Positions 53,110-61,543 of a stretch of DNA of 61,543 nt are shown here, piece after piece. Both the position numbers and the translations under genes were made by a program. Within the stretch, counting starts at the first letter, position 1. Each line of letters begins with the position of its first letter. Source of the stretch: Candidatus Collierbacteria bacterium UBA2277 (lineage in GTDB: Bacteria; Patescibacteriota; Microgenomatia; UBA1400; MFAQ01); contig DDWV01000001.1 of assembly GCA_002347045.1 (NCBI GenBank), forward strand, positions 553,201 to 614,743, in the 5' to 3' direction. Under the pieces are notes generated by a model, which saw only the letters and a list, made by a program, of their open reading frames with translations, made no database searches and had not been told where the DNA came from.

Positions 53110-53499
53110 TTATGTAAGTCCTGGGATTCCTAATATATTGATACCTATTAAATTTACCAAGAAAACTGACAGAAGTATAAAGATGAGCCCAATGACGGCC
53201 GATGTGATGATTTCATTGCCTAGTTTTAGTTTGTCTGGGATACCTGCAGAGGTAGTGATGATAAATACTCCATATAGGATGAGAGCGAGAGCGATACCAC
53301 CTCCTAGACTAGTAGCTACTAGTAGAATGTTTCCGACAAGTTTTGTGCCGTCTCCTATTTCGATACAGCCAATGGCGGTGTTGATACTGTTCTTGCTATT
53401 ATCGCAGAAAGGGCTGGCTGATAGCGCTTTACTCGATGAGAGTAAAAAAAGTGATATTAGTAATAGTGGAATGACAAAAAAATGGCGTTTCATGAACAA
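53110..53499 (-). CDS. VirB2/TrbC-like T4SS pilin paralog P9 (classical Sec signal peptide, divergent loop)
   Basis: Signal peptide ending SKALSA, a Cys pair, then TM - ITTSAGIPDKLKLGNEII - TM. Confidence 0.55.
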   Translation of the reverse strand: MFMKRHFFVIPLLLISLFLLSSSKALSASPFCDNSKNSINTAIGCIEIGDGTKLVGNILLVATSLGGGIALALILYGVFIITTSAGIPDKLKLGNEIITSAVIGLIFILLSVFLVNLIGINILGIPGLT

Positions 53500-53539
53500 C
53501 TTAATTTTAACACGGTAGTTTGCACTTATAATGGAGTAA

Positions 53540-55258
53540 ATGAAGTGGAGATATTTGTTAGTATTGGTAGTTGTTTTTAGTTTTTGTGCTGGGTTGGTAT
53601 GGGCTGATGTGGAGTGTGGAGAGGATCTTGGTTGTTTGGAGACTCAAATTAAGGAACTTACCAAGTCATTGGACGCTAGTAAAGCAGCGACTGCTCCCTT
53701 GGAAGCAGAAGTAAGTAAATTGAGTGCAAAAATTAAGTCCATTCAAAATCAGATTAATGTAGCTTTGACTAAGCAGAAGCAAATGGAGTTTGATATCAAG
53801 ATAAGATCTGAGAAGGTTTCGACACAATATATAGTACTGTCAACAAAAGTTCGTGAAATGTACAAGAGGATGAGATCTGAGCCGATGTGGGCTAGCTTAC
53901 TGACAAGTGGAGATATGGGTGAGGTACGACGTGAGTTGGCATATAGACAGGAAAGTAATGATCAAGATAAGCAAATAATTGTCAGTTTGGTGCAGGAAAT
54001 AAGTACTCTTGAAAAAGATAAGATGACCCTGGAAGAAGAGAGGATAAAACTTACTAAACTTCAGGCGGATTTGGATAAACAGAATAGTTTTTTTGTGACA
54101 GAGGTGGCAAAGGCAAAAGATTATCAGTCAGATTTGTCCGGAAAGATAGCGGCTCTTACGGCGAAACAGCAAGCAATTGTTAGTGCTCGTTCAGGCTCTT
54201 TTATTACCGGTGTTGGTTCTGTGCCGATTGGGTCGGACTATGATGCTTCTATCGCTGGTTTTAATGCTGGGGCTCCGAGTGGATCTTTTGGGGTGTTTAG
54301 CTTTGGGGCTTATACACACCGAAAAGGGATGAGTCAGTATGGAGCGAAAGCAAGGGCTGAAAGTCAAAGTTATGAGGAAATACTGGACGCATATTATGGA
54401 AAACGACCAGTAGATAAGAATACTGACGGAAATATAAAAGTAACTGGTTATGGAGAGATAGATTTCGAAACGACCTATTTGTATGGTATTGCTGAGATGC
54501 CTTCAGATTGGCCAGAACAGGCTTTGAAAGCTCAAGCTGTAGCTGCAAGAACCTATGCGTATAGATATAAAAGAGATGGCTTGTCGATTTGCACTACCGA
54601 AGCTTGTCAGGTGTTTTCAAAAAGTAAATCTGATAATGTTCCTGAGCCTTGGAAAAAGGCGGTTAATGATACAAGAGGAAAAATTTTGGAAGATGTAGTA
54701 ACTTTTTATTCTTCGACAACTGGTGGATATTTATCTACATCAGGTTGGGATACAACAGATAAGACTGCTGGAGGAGATTGGACCAGTAAAGCTTGGGAAA
54801 GCAAAGCAGGATCACCCTGGTTTTATAAAGCTTGGTATCGTAATGGGTATAAAAACTCAGATAATTCTTGTGGAAGAAAGCCATGGTTGAGTGAAGAAGA
54901 AATGGCAGATATTCTTAATTCTTGGTTAGTATTGAAAAAGGGAGAAGGTAATGGGGTGGACACGGGTCGAATTTTGCCGACAACAATTGCAAGCTGTAGT
55001 ATTGGTGGCCAAAGTGGTGATCCATATTCTATGTCTGACCTGCGTTCAAAAATGAGTAATCCAGTAACGAGTATTAGTGGTAAACCCGTGTTAATAAATG
55101 ATGGATCTGGGAATACTACCAATGTAAAATTTTCGACGAATAGAGGAGAGTTAAACATTTCAGGTTTAGAGTTTAAAGAAGTTTTTAATACTAGAGCTCC
55201 AGGATATATTTCTATTCCTCAAAAAGGATTTGCTTTCTTTAATATTGAGAGGAAGTAG
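53540..55258 (+). CDS. SpoIID/LytB-domain protein with an N-terminal coiled coil
   Basis: Signal/anchor, a coiled coil of about 200 aa, then the SpoIID core (YLYGIAEMPSDWPEQALKAQAVAARTYA, FYSSTTGGY). Confidence 0.8.
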   Translation: MKWRYLLVLVVVFSFCAGLVWADVECGEDLGCLETQIKELTKSLDASKAATAPLEAEVSKLSAKIKSIQNQINVALTKQKQMEFDIKIRSEKVSTQYIVLSTKVREMYKRMRSEPMWASLLTSGDMGEVRRELAYRQESNDQDKQIIVSLVQEISTLEKDKMTLEEERIKLTKLQADLDKQNSFFVTEVAKAKDYQSDLSGKIAALTAKQQAIVSARSGSFITGVGSVPIGSDYDASIAGFNAGAPSGSFGVFSFGAYTHRKGMSQYGAKARAESQSYEEILDAYYGKRPVDKNTDGNIKVTGYGEIDFETTYLYGIAEMPSDWPEQALKAQAVAARTYAYRYKRDGLSICTTEACQVFSKSKSDNVPEPWKKAVNDTRGKILEDVVTFYSSTTGGYLSTSGWDTTDKTAGGDWTSKAWESKAGSPWFYKAWYRNGYKNSDNSCGRKPWLSEEEMADILNSWLVLKKGEGNGVDTGRILPTTIASCSIGGQSGDPYSMSDLRSKMSNPVTSISGKPVLINDGSGNTTNVKFSTNRGELNISGLEFKEVFNTRAPGYISIPQKGFAFFNIERK

Positions 55259-55283
55259 GATTACTTGTTTGATACAATTAGGT

Positions 55284-55943
55284 ATGGCAGAGATATTCAA
55301 TGCTAGTAAGCATGTTGATGAAATCAAAGAAGTGAATGATTTGAAAAGAGGAGGGCATTTTCGAAGCTCTTTGGGTATGTTGGTAGTGAGCCCGGAAAAA
55401 ACAAGATTTGAGTCGCAAGATGACGATGAAGAAGTAATACTTTTAGGTAGAAGACATTTTTCCACTAACTTTGGTTGGATGGCCCTGGTGTGTTTTGTGT
55501 TTTTTGTACCTCTGTTTTGGAGTGAGTTTCCGATGATTAAAGTTCTGACAGTAAATACAGCATTTGCTTTGACGATTGTTTGGTACTCTGCAGTGCTATT
55601 TTTTGTAATTCAAAATTTTCTTCTGTGGTTTTATAACATATATATTGTGACGAATGAGAGGGTTGTTGATATTGATTTTTTTGGTTTGCTTTATAAAAAC
55701 ATAAACGTAACTCAGATAAATAGAATTGAAGACGTGAACTATTCTCAGAAAGGAATAATGGCAGGAATTTTTAACTTTGGAGATGTTATTGTTCAGACAT
55801 CGTCAGAACAAAAATCTGATGACAGAAGCGATATGTCGGCCTTTTATTTTGAAGCTGCTTTGAACCCGGTATTGGTAGTTAAGATCATTTCTCAGTTGAT
55901 GGAAAAAGCAGACGATAATACTAAAAAAAATAAATTACGATGA
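55284..55943 (+). CDS. membrane protein, possibly of the bacterial PH-domain (YdbT-like) type (hypothetical)
   Basis: Two TM segments followed by a beta-rich C-terminal region. I prefer the ATG at 55284, which lies after the SpoIID stop. Confidence 0.5.
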   Translation: MAEIFNASKHVDEIKEVNDLKRGGHFRSSLGMLVVSPEKTRFESQDDDEEVILLGRRHFSTNFGWMALVCFVFFVPLFWSEFPMIKVLTVNTAFALTIVWYSAVLFFVIQNFLLWFYNIYIVTNERVVDIDFFGLLYKNINVTQINRIEDVNYSQKGIMAGIFNFGDVIVQTSSEQKSDDRSDMSAFYFEAALNPVLVVKIISQLMEKADDNTKKNKLR

Positions 55944-56170
55944 ATGATATGGACATATTGTTAAGTAGCCACATTACTGTAAGTAGCATTGTAAGTGTGA
56001 TGTCGAAGATAATGATGGTTTTGCTTTGGATTCTTTCTGCGGTTACTGTGAGACAGACTACTTTGATGGATAGGGTTGTTCGAATACCTGTTGGGACTAA
56101 CGTTAAGATGTTTATTTGGAGCTATTTTGTATTGATGACCGTTTTGACTGCTATAGTTATATTAGCGTGA
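55940..56170 (+). CDS. small 2-TM membrane protein (hypothetical)
   Basis: ATGA overlap with the upstream gene and GTGA overlap with the downstream gene suggest translational coupling. Confidence 0.4.
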   Translation: MNDMDILLSSHITVSSIVSVMSKIMMVLLWILSAVTVRQTTLMDRVVRIPVGTNVKMFIWSYFVLMTVLTAIVILA

Positions 56171-58056
56171 ACACCAGTTTAGGTATTAATTTTTTCAGGA
56201 CAGTCAACGAAGAGGGTTCAAACGGTTGGGCTCAAGTTTATGCACGAATACCCTTTGACGACTATGAACTTTCTGAAAAAGGGGCTTTGTTTGGTGTGAT
56301 TTTGGGGAAACCGGCTGACAACTGGACGGAGATAGAAGGTCAATCTATGGAGTGGGTAGATGAGTTTTTTAATAAAGAAGAAGTGGGTGGTGGAATGGCG
56401 GATTTTGTTAAGAATTTTGGTGAAAAGTATCCTGATATAGAAGGTGCATGGTTGTGGGTGACTTTGAACAAAAATGGCCAAAGAGAGATAAAGACATTTC
56501 GACAAGGTAATGCTGGGGTTGTCTTGAATAGAAATGATCAAGAGTATGATTTGACAAAAGAAGAGGGAAAAATAATAAAAGGGATTGCTGAAGAAAAAGA
56601 TATTGTGGTTATGTGGTCGGGGGAACTTGAAAAAGCTTTACCAGAAGGGGAAAGGTTAAGTGATTCAGATAAAGAAAAAATTGCTTTTTTTGGGACTAGA
56701 TTGACCGAAGCCAGAGTGGCAGGGGCAGGATTATTTTTCAATTTTGAGAAAGCTACGGTGGTAATAGCTAAAGAACCCAGGGTGACGAGTATTGATGAAG
56801 ATGGAGGATTGCCAGATAGTTTAGAAAGAAAAAATATTGTAAATGAAGGTGAAGACTTGGCGGGTGAGGGATTGGTGGGTCCACTAAATGCAAAAGGGAA
56901 AGTTATAAATTGGTTGAAAAAGAGAAAGTTTGGAAGAGTGAGTGACTTGCATATCGATAGAGAGAAAAATGACAAACGAAAAAAATGGGCAGTTCTTTTT
57001 GGAGTTTTGTTTTTGATTTTGTTGGTGGTGAGTTTGATTTCTGGGTCTATAAAGATTAAGGCAGATAGAGAGGCTAAAAAATGGAGAGATTTTTCGGAAC
57101 CAATCACGAAGAATATAGAGGATGCTCAGGATTTGGTAAGAATAAATCCTTCAGGGGCAAGAAAACTTATGGATGATGTGAGAAAAACCTTTGATGTGCA
57201 AAAAGCAGAGTTTGTCAACGGAAAGTATAAAGATGAAGTGATTGAGCTTGAAAAGAAGATTAGCAAAGCATGGACGGTAGCTTCTGGGGAGAAAGAGAGT
57301 CAGATTGATGAAGTGGTGAATATACAACTGGTAAGACCTGGTTTTGGGGGCGATAGACTGAGTTTGGTGAATGGAAGTATGGTAACGGTACTGGATATTA
57401 AATTGGGGATTGTGGTGACAGCAGAAGTGACGAGTAAGGATATAAAAGTGGTTGTCGGAAAAGGTGAAGATTTGGGTTGGATAGATGCGGTAAGCGATGG
57501 AAAAAAAGTATTTACTTTGGACGAAAAGGGAGTTTTTGTAGATGGAAAATCTAGCGGAGGAATTGTGTTTGATATGGCTGTGGGAAAACCTGTAGCAATG
57601 GGTAGGTTTGGGACAAATATATATATATTGGATAGTGGAAATAAAGAAATATATAAGTATGGCGGAATCAGCGATGGTTTTGGTGATAGAATTCGTTGGC
57701 TTCAACAGGGTCAGTCGGTGAGTATTAGTCCTGTAGATATGGCGATGGATGCTGATGTTTGGCTTGTGAGTACTAACGGTGTAGTGGAGAGGTTCCGTAG
57801 AGGATCAAGAGAACAGTTTGAGCTAAGTGGGGTGCCTGAGGGGGCCAAGGTTGTGAGAGTCGCGGTAGAACAAGAAGGGTCGAGAATAGCTCTGTTGGAC
57901 AGTGAAAAAGGAGTGGTGATAGTTTGTAGCAAAGAAACGAGTATTTGCGGAGAACAGTTAATTTCTGAGAAGCTAAAAACTGCTAGAGACATTGAGTTTG
58001 ATGGGGAAAATAATTTATTGGTGTTGTTGCCTGGGGTAATTGGAGTAATGAAGTAA
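56167..58056 (+). CDS. large single-pass membrane protein (hypothetical)
   Basis: Cytoplasmic N-terminal domain of about 280 aa, a TM (WAVLFGVLFLILLVVSLISGSI), and a beta-rich exodomain of about 330 aa. I prefer the GTG at 56167. Confidence 0.5.
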   Translation: MNTSLGINFFRTVNEEGSNGWAQVYARIPFDDYELSEKGALFGVILGKPADNWTEIEGQSMEWVDEFFNKEEVGGGMADFVKNFGEKYPDIEGAWLWVTLNKNGQREIKTFRQGNAGVVLNRNDQEYDLTKEEGKIIKGIAEEKDIVVMWSGELEKALPEGERLSDSDKEKIAFFGTRLTEARVAGAGLFFNFEKATVVIAKEPRVTSIDEDGGLPDSLERKNIVNEGEDLAGEGLVGPLNAKGKVINWLKKRKFGRVSDLHIDREKNDKRKKWAVLFGVLFLILLVVSLISGSIKIKADREAKKWRDFSEPITKNIEDAQDLVRINPSGARKLMDDVRKTFDVQKAEFVNGKYKDEVIELEKKISKAWTVASGEKESQIDEVVNIQLVRPGFGGDRLSLVNGSMVTVLDIKLGIVVTAEVTSKDIKVVVGKGEDLGWIDAVSDGKKVFTLDEKGVFVDGKSSGGIVFDMAVGKPVAMGRFGTNIYILDSGNKEIYKYGGISDGFGDRIRWLQQGQSVSISPVDMAMDADVWLVSTNGVVERFRRGSREQFELSGVPEGAKVVRVAVEQEGSRIALLDSEKGVVIVCSKETSICGEQLISEKLKTARDIEFDGENNLLVLLPGVIGVMK

Positions 58057-58092
58057 TTTTTCTTTAGAGTATTGCGAGGCTTAAGGTACAAT

Positions 58093-58539
58093 ATGGGTAT
58101 GTTGGTAGAGAACAAAAAAGCAAAGTTTGACTATGAAATTATTGAGGCATATGAGGCTGGTATTGTTTTGAGTGGAGCGGAGGTAAAAAGTGTTAGATCT
58201 GAAGGGTCATCTTTGTTGGGTTCGAGAGTGATATTTGATGAAAATGGAGCCTATTTGATAGGAATGAATATTCCAAAATATAGATTTGATAGTGCTGAAG
58301 AGTATGATGCCGGAAAGAAAAGAAAGTTGCTTCTGCACAAAAAGGAAATGTTGGATATTAAGACTAAAATGAGCTCAGCTGGTTTGACAGTTGTGCCTAT
58401 CTCGTTGTATAATAAGGGCAGTCTCGTAAAGGTAAAGGTCGCTTTGGTCCGAGGCAAGAAGAAGTTTGAAAAAAGAGAAATACTGAAAAAGCGAGAAAGT
58501 CAGTTGGGACTAGCGAGACGATTAAAACTAACTAACTGA
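58093..58539 (+). CDS. smpB: SsrA-binding protein SmpB
   Basis: ENKKAKFDYEIIEAYEAGIVLSGAEVKSVR is the SmpB N-terminal signature. The gene is adjacent to tmRNA. Confidence 0.92.
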   Translation: MGMLVENKKAKFDYEIIEAYEAGIVLSGAEVKSVRSEGSSLLGSRVIFDENGAYLIGMNIPKYRFDSAEEYDAGKKRKLLLHKKEMLDIKTKMSSAGLTVVPISLYNKGSLVKVKVALVRGKKKFEKREILKKRESQLGLARRLKLTN

Positions 58540-58548
58540 AAGGTCAAA

Positions 58549-58791
58549 ATGGATTTATTTTGGAGTAAGGTAATGCCTGCTAGTATTGAAAATTATTCAT
58601 GGAGTAAGGATTTTCCTGCGGGTCTTAGTAAGAAGAAGTGGGAAGAGGGTATTACTGCTAAGATTCAAGAAATGGATGAAGATGAATTTGACTTGTTTTT
58701 GGCTGGGGTAGTTATGGCGGCAGCCAAAGTTCAGATAATGGGAACTCTTTTAACTGAGAAAGTTGATTATTTTAGATCTCTTCGTAATTAA
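58549..58791 (+). CDS. 80-aa hypothetical protein
   Basis: ORF only, located between smpB and ssrA. Confidence 0.35.
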   Translation: MDLFWSKVMPASIENYSWSKDFPAGLSKKKWEEGITAKIQEMDEDEFDLFLAGVVMAAAKVQIMGTLLTEKVDYFRSLRN

Positions 58792-58858
58792 GTTGTTTTT
58801 TTGTAAGAAATTTGGTATACTATAGGTATTCTTTTGTGCCCAGAAGATGTTAAATATT

Positions 58859-59250
58859 GGGGACGACCGGAATCGATGGACTAGTTCTTTTACAGGTGCA
58901 AGCCTCCTTTGGTAAAAGGAGTAAAAAAGACCAAAACATAACTGTCAATAAAGAAGACAAGTTAATTGGTTTCACTTCTAGTGAAGCCAAATCTTTCGCT
59001 CCTGTTTACGCTTTTGCCTAAACTCGATCTTTAAGACGTCTTGGAGAGTATCGGATCCCGGGGTAACTTCAAGGCGAAAAAATACCGGATTGAATGCTTC
59101 AAGCTTGATTTAGGTTTGAAGACTAACTTATTCTAAATCGACCATAAAGTGTTCTTGTTTGCCTGAAGCTTTATGGAAAATCGGCAAACTAAGCTTGTAG
59201 ATACTGTAGATACGCTATTTCAGACGAGGGTTCAATTCCCTCCGTCTCCA
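58859..59250 (+). ncRNA. ssrA: tmRNA (SsrA)
   Basis: 5' GGGGACGACCGGAATCGA and 3' GACGAGGGTTCAATTCCCTCCGTCTCCA form a tRNA-Ala-like acceptor/T-arm with a G3:U70 pair. The internal tag frame ends ...SEAKSFAPVYAFA-TAA (stop at 59019-59021). Confidence 0.92.
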
Positions 59251-59263
59251 CATAGAATGAAGA

Positions 59264-59290
59264 AGTCCGCCCTTGAGGCGGATTTTTTCA
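59264..59290 (+). terminator. rho-independent terminator after ssrA
   Basis: TCCGCC-CTTGA-GGCGGA followed by TTTTTT. Confidence 0.8.
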
Positions 59291-59301
59291 TTCTAAGAGG
59301 G

Positions 59302-59433
59302 TGGAGAAATTGAAAGGCGGAAGCGCGGCTGGCGCTGAGCCGGGCCCTGAGAAATTTTCAGCAGAAAATTATCGTGGGCAATTTCCTTATGGAGAGATTT
59401 TTGTTATATAGAGCAAATGGAGAAATTGAAAGG
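59302..59433 (+). repeat. 16-nt direct repeat pair flanking a 100-nt GC-rich spacer
   Basis: TGGAGAAATTGAAAGG occurs at 59302-59317 and again at 59418-59433. The second copy supplies the GGAG and abuts the GTG start of comFC. Confidence 0.8.
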
Positions 59434-60119
59434 TGATTTACAATGAAGATGTGTTTGAATTGATAATGGATTTTTTGTTTCCTAAGTTTTGTGTGGGTTG
59501 TGGTGAGTATGGGTGTGATTTGTGTAAAAAATGTTTTGCTGAGATGCCTTATTCTGAACAGATCTGCCCAGAGTGCGGAAAAGAGTCAATGATGGGGTGG
59601 ACTCATTCGGGATGTAAGTCTAGTCGCGGAATGGATGGTCTGATAGTGATTTATGATCATCAGGATAGAGTGGTTCAAAAAGCTATTGAGGATATTAAGT
59701 TTGGATTTAATAGAGTCATGGTTAGAGAAATTTTGAAAGGTTTTTCTTTTGAAAGCGGAGAAAAGTTTGATTTGCTAGTACCGGTGCCTCTGCATTTTTA
59801 TCGAGAGAACTGGAGAGGGTTTAATCAGGCTGAAGAAATAGCCTTGGCAATTTCTGGAAAAATGAAAGTACCTGTAAAGAGAGTGCTGGTGAGAAATAAG
59901 AGAACGAAACAACAGTCGTTGCTTTCAAATAGGAAGGAGAGGGAAAAGAATGTAAAAGGGGTGTTTGAAGTAGATAAGGAATACAAAAGTATTTTGAGAG
60001 GAAAGAAGATTTTGCTTGTAGATGACGTATTTACTAGCGGAGCTGATATGAGGGAGTGTACAAAAGTGTTAAAGAGGTCAGGGGCTACAGTGGTGTGGGG
60101 GTTAGCTATGGCACATTAG
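59433..60119 (+). CDS. comFC: ComF-family phosphoribosyltransferase-fold competence protein
   Basis: N-terminal Cys clusters (CVGCG...CKKC...CPECG) and a C-terminal PRTase loop (ILLVDDVFTSGA). Confidence 0.85.
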   Translation: MIYNEDVFELIMDFLFPKFCVGCGEYGCDLCKKCFAEMPYSEQICPECGKESMMGWTHSGCKSSRGMDGLIVIYDHQDRVVQKAIEDIKFGFNRVMVREILKGFSFESGEKFDLLVPVPLHFYRENWRGFNQAEEIALAISGKMKVPVKRVLVRNKRTKQQSLLSNRKEREKNVKGVFEVDKEYKSILRGKKILLVDDVFTSGADMRECTKVLKRSGATVVWGLAMAH

Positions 60120-60949
60120 GGGCGAACACTTATTGCTTTTCGAAGCATTAAATAAATTCGTCCATGATCTCGAGAAATTACTAGAGTTGATTTGTAATCT
60201 CCATCTTTCCATTTCATTGTTCCGGTTTTTTCATCATATGAGTAATCCGGTTTGTCTTTGTATTGATTTTGGTATTCTTCTTCAAGTAGCAAAAATTCAT
60301 CGACATCGTCTTTTCCGTCATTGTTTTGGTCTCCACTATCTATCACGGTAAAGTATTTTGTGTACTCTATTTCTCCGCCATTTTGATTTAGTAAACCGAA
60401 GGATTTTTCGTGTTCTGCGAGGCTTGAATTTGTTGCTAAGATATCAGGAAAATCTGAAAAATATTTATCTAGACTTTCGTCTTTATAATTTGGAAAATGA
60501 ACTTGAATATAGGCAGTGTTATCCGATCCATAATGAGCTGCGGACACTTTGTACTGTCCGATGTTTCCCTTGACCATATCTGGACTCATGTATTCTTCGA
60601 CAATTTCACTGTCGAATAAGTTTTTGTAGTAATTTAATAGTTCTTCTTGGCTGGCGTTTGAGTAAAAGACAACATTAAAATAAGCAAAATTTTTTTCTTC
60701 GAAACCGGATAAATTTTTTGGATCAGTGTTGATAAATATTTTGTTTGAACTAACCTTGTCGAGTTTGTACAGAGGAACCTCTTTAATTGGAAAGCCATTT
60801 AATAAAAAACTTTGTTCATTATTACTTTCTATTTTTTTATCCTGGGGAAATTCTTGATTAGTTGTATTTTGTTTGTATGTTGAAAAAATTATTCCAAAAA
60901 TACCTAAAATTATTACAAAAATCAGGAGTGTCTTAAATTTTTTGTTCAT
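60116..60949 (-). CDS. signal-anchored hypothetical protein
   Basis: N-terminal TM (TLLIFVIILGIFGIIFS) followed by an acidic exodomain. Confidence 0.45.
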   Translation of the reverse strand: MNKKFKTLLIFVIILGIFGIIFSTYKQNTTNQEFPQDKKIESNNEQSFLLNGFPIKEVPLYKLDKVSSNKIFINTDPKNLSGFEEKNFAYFNVVFYSNASQEELLNYYKNLFDSEIVEEYMSPDMVKGNIGQYKVSAAHYGSDNTAYIQVHFPNYKDESLDKYFSDFPDILATNSSLAEHEKSFGLLNQNGGEIEYTKYFTVIDSGDQNNDGKDDVDEFLLLEEEYQNQYKDKPDYSYDEKTGTMKWKDGDYKSTLVISRDHGRIYLMLRKAISVRP

Positions 60950-60965
60950 TGTAGGATTATAAAAT

Positions 60966-61543
60966 TTATTTAACCTGTTTTAAACTACTTCCATCCCATT
61001 CGACGACAGGTTCGTCCCCATATTTTGCTTTAATTTCTACGGAGTGGTTTTGCCAGGTTCCATAATCGATTGTTTTGTTCTTGGGGCCTTCAAAAGGAGC
61101 TATGGCAAAGTAGACTGTAATTCTATAACTATCTTTTAACATCTCTGCCGATTGGCTATTGCTTTTTATATCTGATGGGCGGAAACCTTTTTTGAAACCT
61201 TCTCCATAACCAAAGACTTTTCCTAAAGTATAGATGCCGCCTAGATCTCTATCTTCTCTGGGGTCTGCGTCAAGGTCATCCCAACAAGTTGGGTTAAAAC
61301 AGGCATCTATCATGTAGGAATCTCCGCTGACGTTTACTATTTTAAAATTTTGAATAGAAGAAACTTCAGAATTTTTTTTGGGTTCCTCGTTAATATTTTC
61401 TTGCTTTGAGGTGCTGGTTAGATTTTCTTTCTCAACTTTTTCTTCATCTATTTGTTTTACGATTTCTTCAATTGATTGAATTGATGTTGCGACGTTGTTA
61501 TCTTTTTTCCACTCAACTAGTTCTGTCTCAGTTAGTCCACTTA
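60966..61543 (-). CDS. hypothetical protein, 5' end outside the window
   Basis: Hand translation shows the frame stays open upstream of the ATG at 61313, all the way to the window edge (...EWKKDNNVATSIQSIEEIVKQIDEEK...). Confidence 0.45.
   Translation of the reverse strand, partial: SGLTETELVEWKKDNNVATSIQSIEEIVKQIDEEKVEKENLTSTSKQENINEEPKKNSEVSSIQNFKIVNVSGDSYMIDACFNPTCWDDLDADPREDRDLGGIYTLGKVFGYGEGFKKGFRPSDIKSNSQSAEMLKDSYRITVYFAIAPFEGPKNKTIDYGTWQNHSVEIKAKYGDEPVVEWDGSSLKQVK

Noticed and set aside
34572-53499. Interpreting the T4SS-like block as an integrative conjugative element or prophage.
   Set aside because: I could recognise no integrase, transposase, relaxase, replication or partition genes, and no flanking direct repeats. 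The block abuts dnaN and isoprenoid housekeeping genes. The only tRNA in the window is far away, and tmRNA lies about 5 kb beyond the last pilin gene.
53138-53518. 126-aa plus-strand ORF, with similar antisense ORFs at 36396-36788, 44075-44593 and 48525-48791.
   Set aside because: Each lies fully antisense within a better-supported membrane-protein gene. They reflect the hydrophobic-codon symmetry of TM-rich genes.
56218-58115. A series of minus-strand ORFs of 107-189 aa (56218-56541, 56538-57107, 57151-57705, 57711-58115).
   Set aside because: Together they tile the antisense strand of the single 630-aa plus-strand gene and translate to low-complexity S/F/I/P-rich sequence. The plus-strand gene has coherent TM and domain structure and coupled start/stop junctions.

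Overview
This is a gene-dense, low-GC chromosomal window. Its content looks like a Candidate Phyla Radiation / Patescibacteria-type bacterium; that placement is inferred from small compact housekeeping genes, many membrane-anchored hypothetical proteins and an expanded family of small two-TM pilin-like genes. It is not a database result. The standard genetic code fits: ORFs are long and TGA is used as a stop.

The window spans the replication origin region: rpmH-rnpA-yidD-yidC-jag on the minus strand, diverging from dnaA-dnaN, with DnaA-box clusters. Recognisable housekeeping genes are a metG fragment, tatD, gap, pgk, tgt, groES/groEL with a CIRCE operator, tsaD, valS preceded by a T-box leader, rplY, rnhA, polyprenyl synthase, uppS, a SpoIID-like gene, smpB, tmRNA, tRNA-Cys and comFC. 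There is also an envelope-glycan module made of a processive GT2, a WecA-like transferase and a DPPR-synthase-like UbiA enzyme.

The most interesting content is a type IV secretion-like locus of about 16 kb (34.6-50.7 kb), with two satellite pilin genes at 52.8-53.5 kb. It combines monoderm-style parts with nine VirB2/TrbC-like pilin paralogs and several large orphan proteins:
- a PrgI/VirB3-like protein
- a VirB4 ATPase
- a polytopic VirB6-like protein
- a membrane-anchored M23 wall hydrolase

No relaxase, VirB7/9/10 or VirB11 is visible. An unlinked TraD/VirD4-like ATPase at 13.2-16.3 kb carries a C-terminal Nudix-like domain.

All calls rest on motif reading of the supplied translations and of the DNA. 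No searches or folding calculations were run, and start codons are often uncertain.
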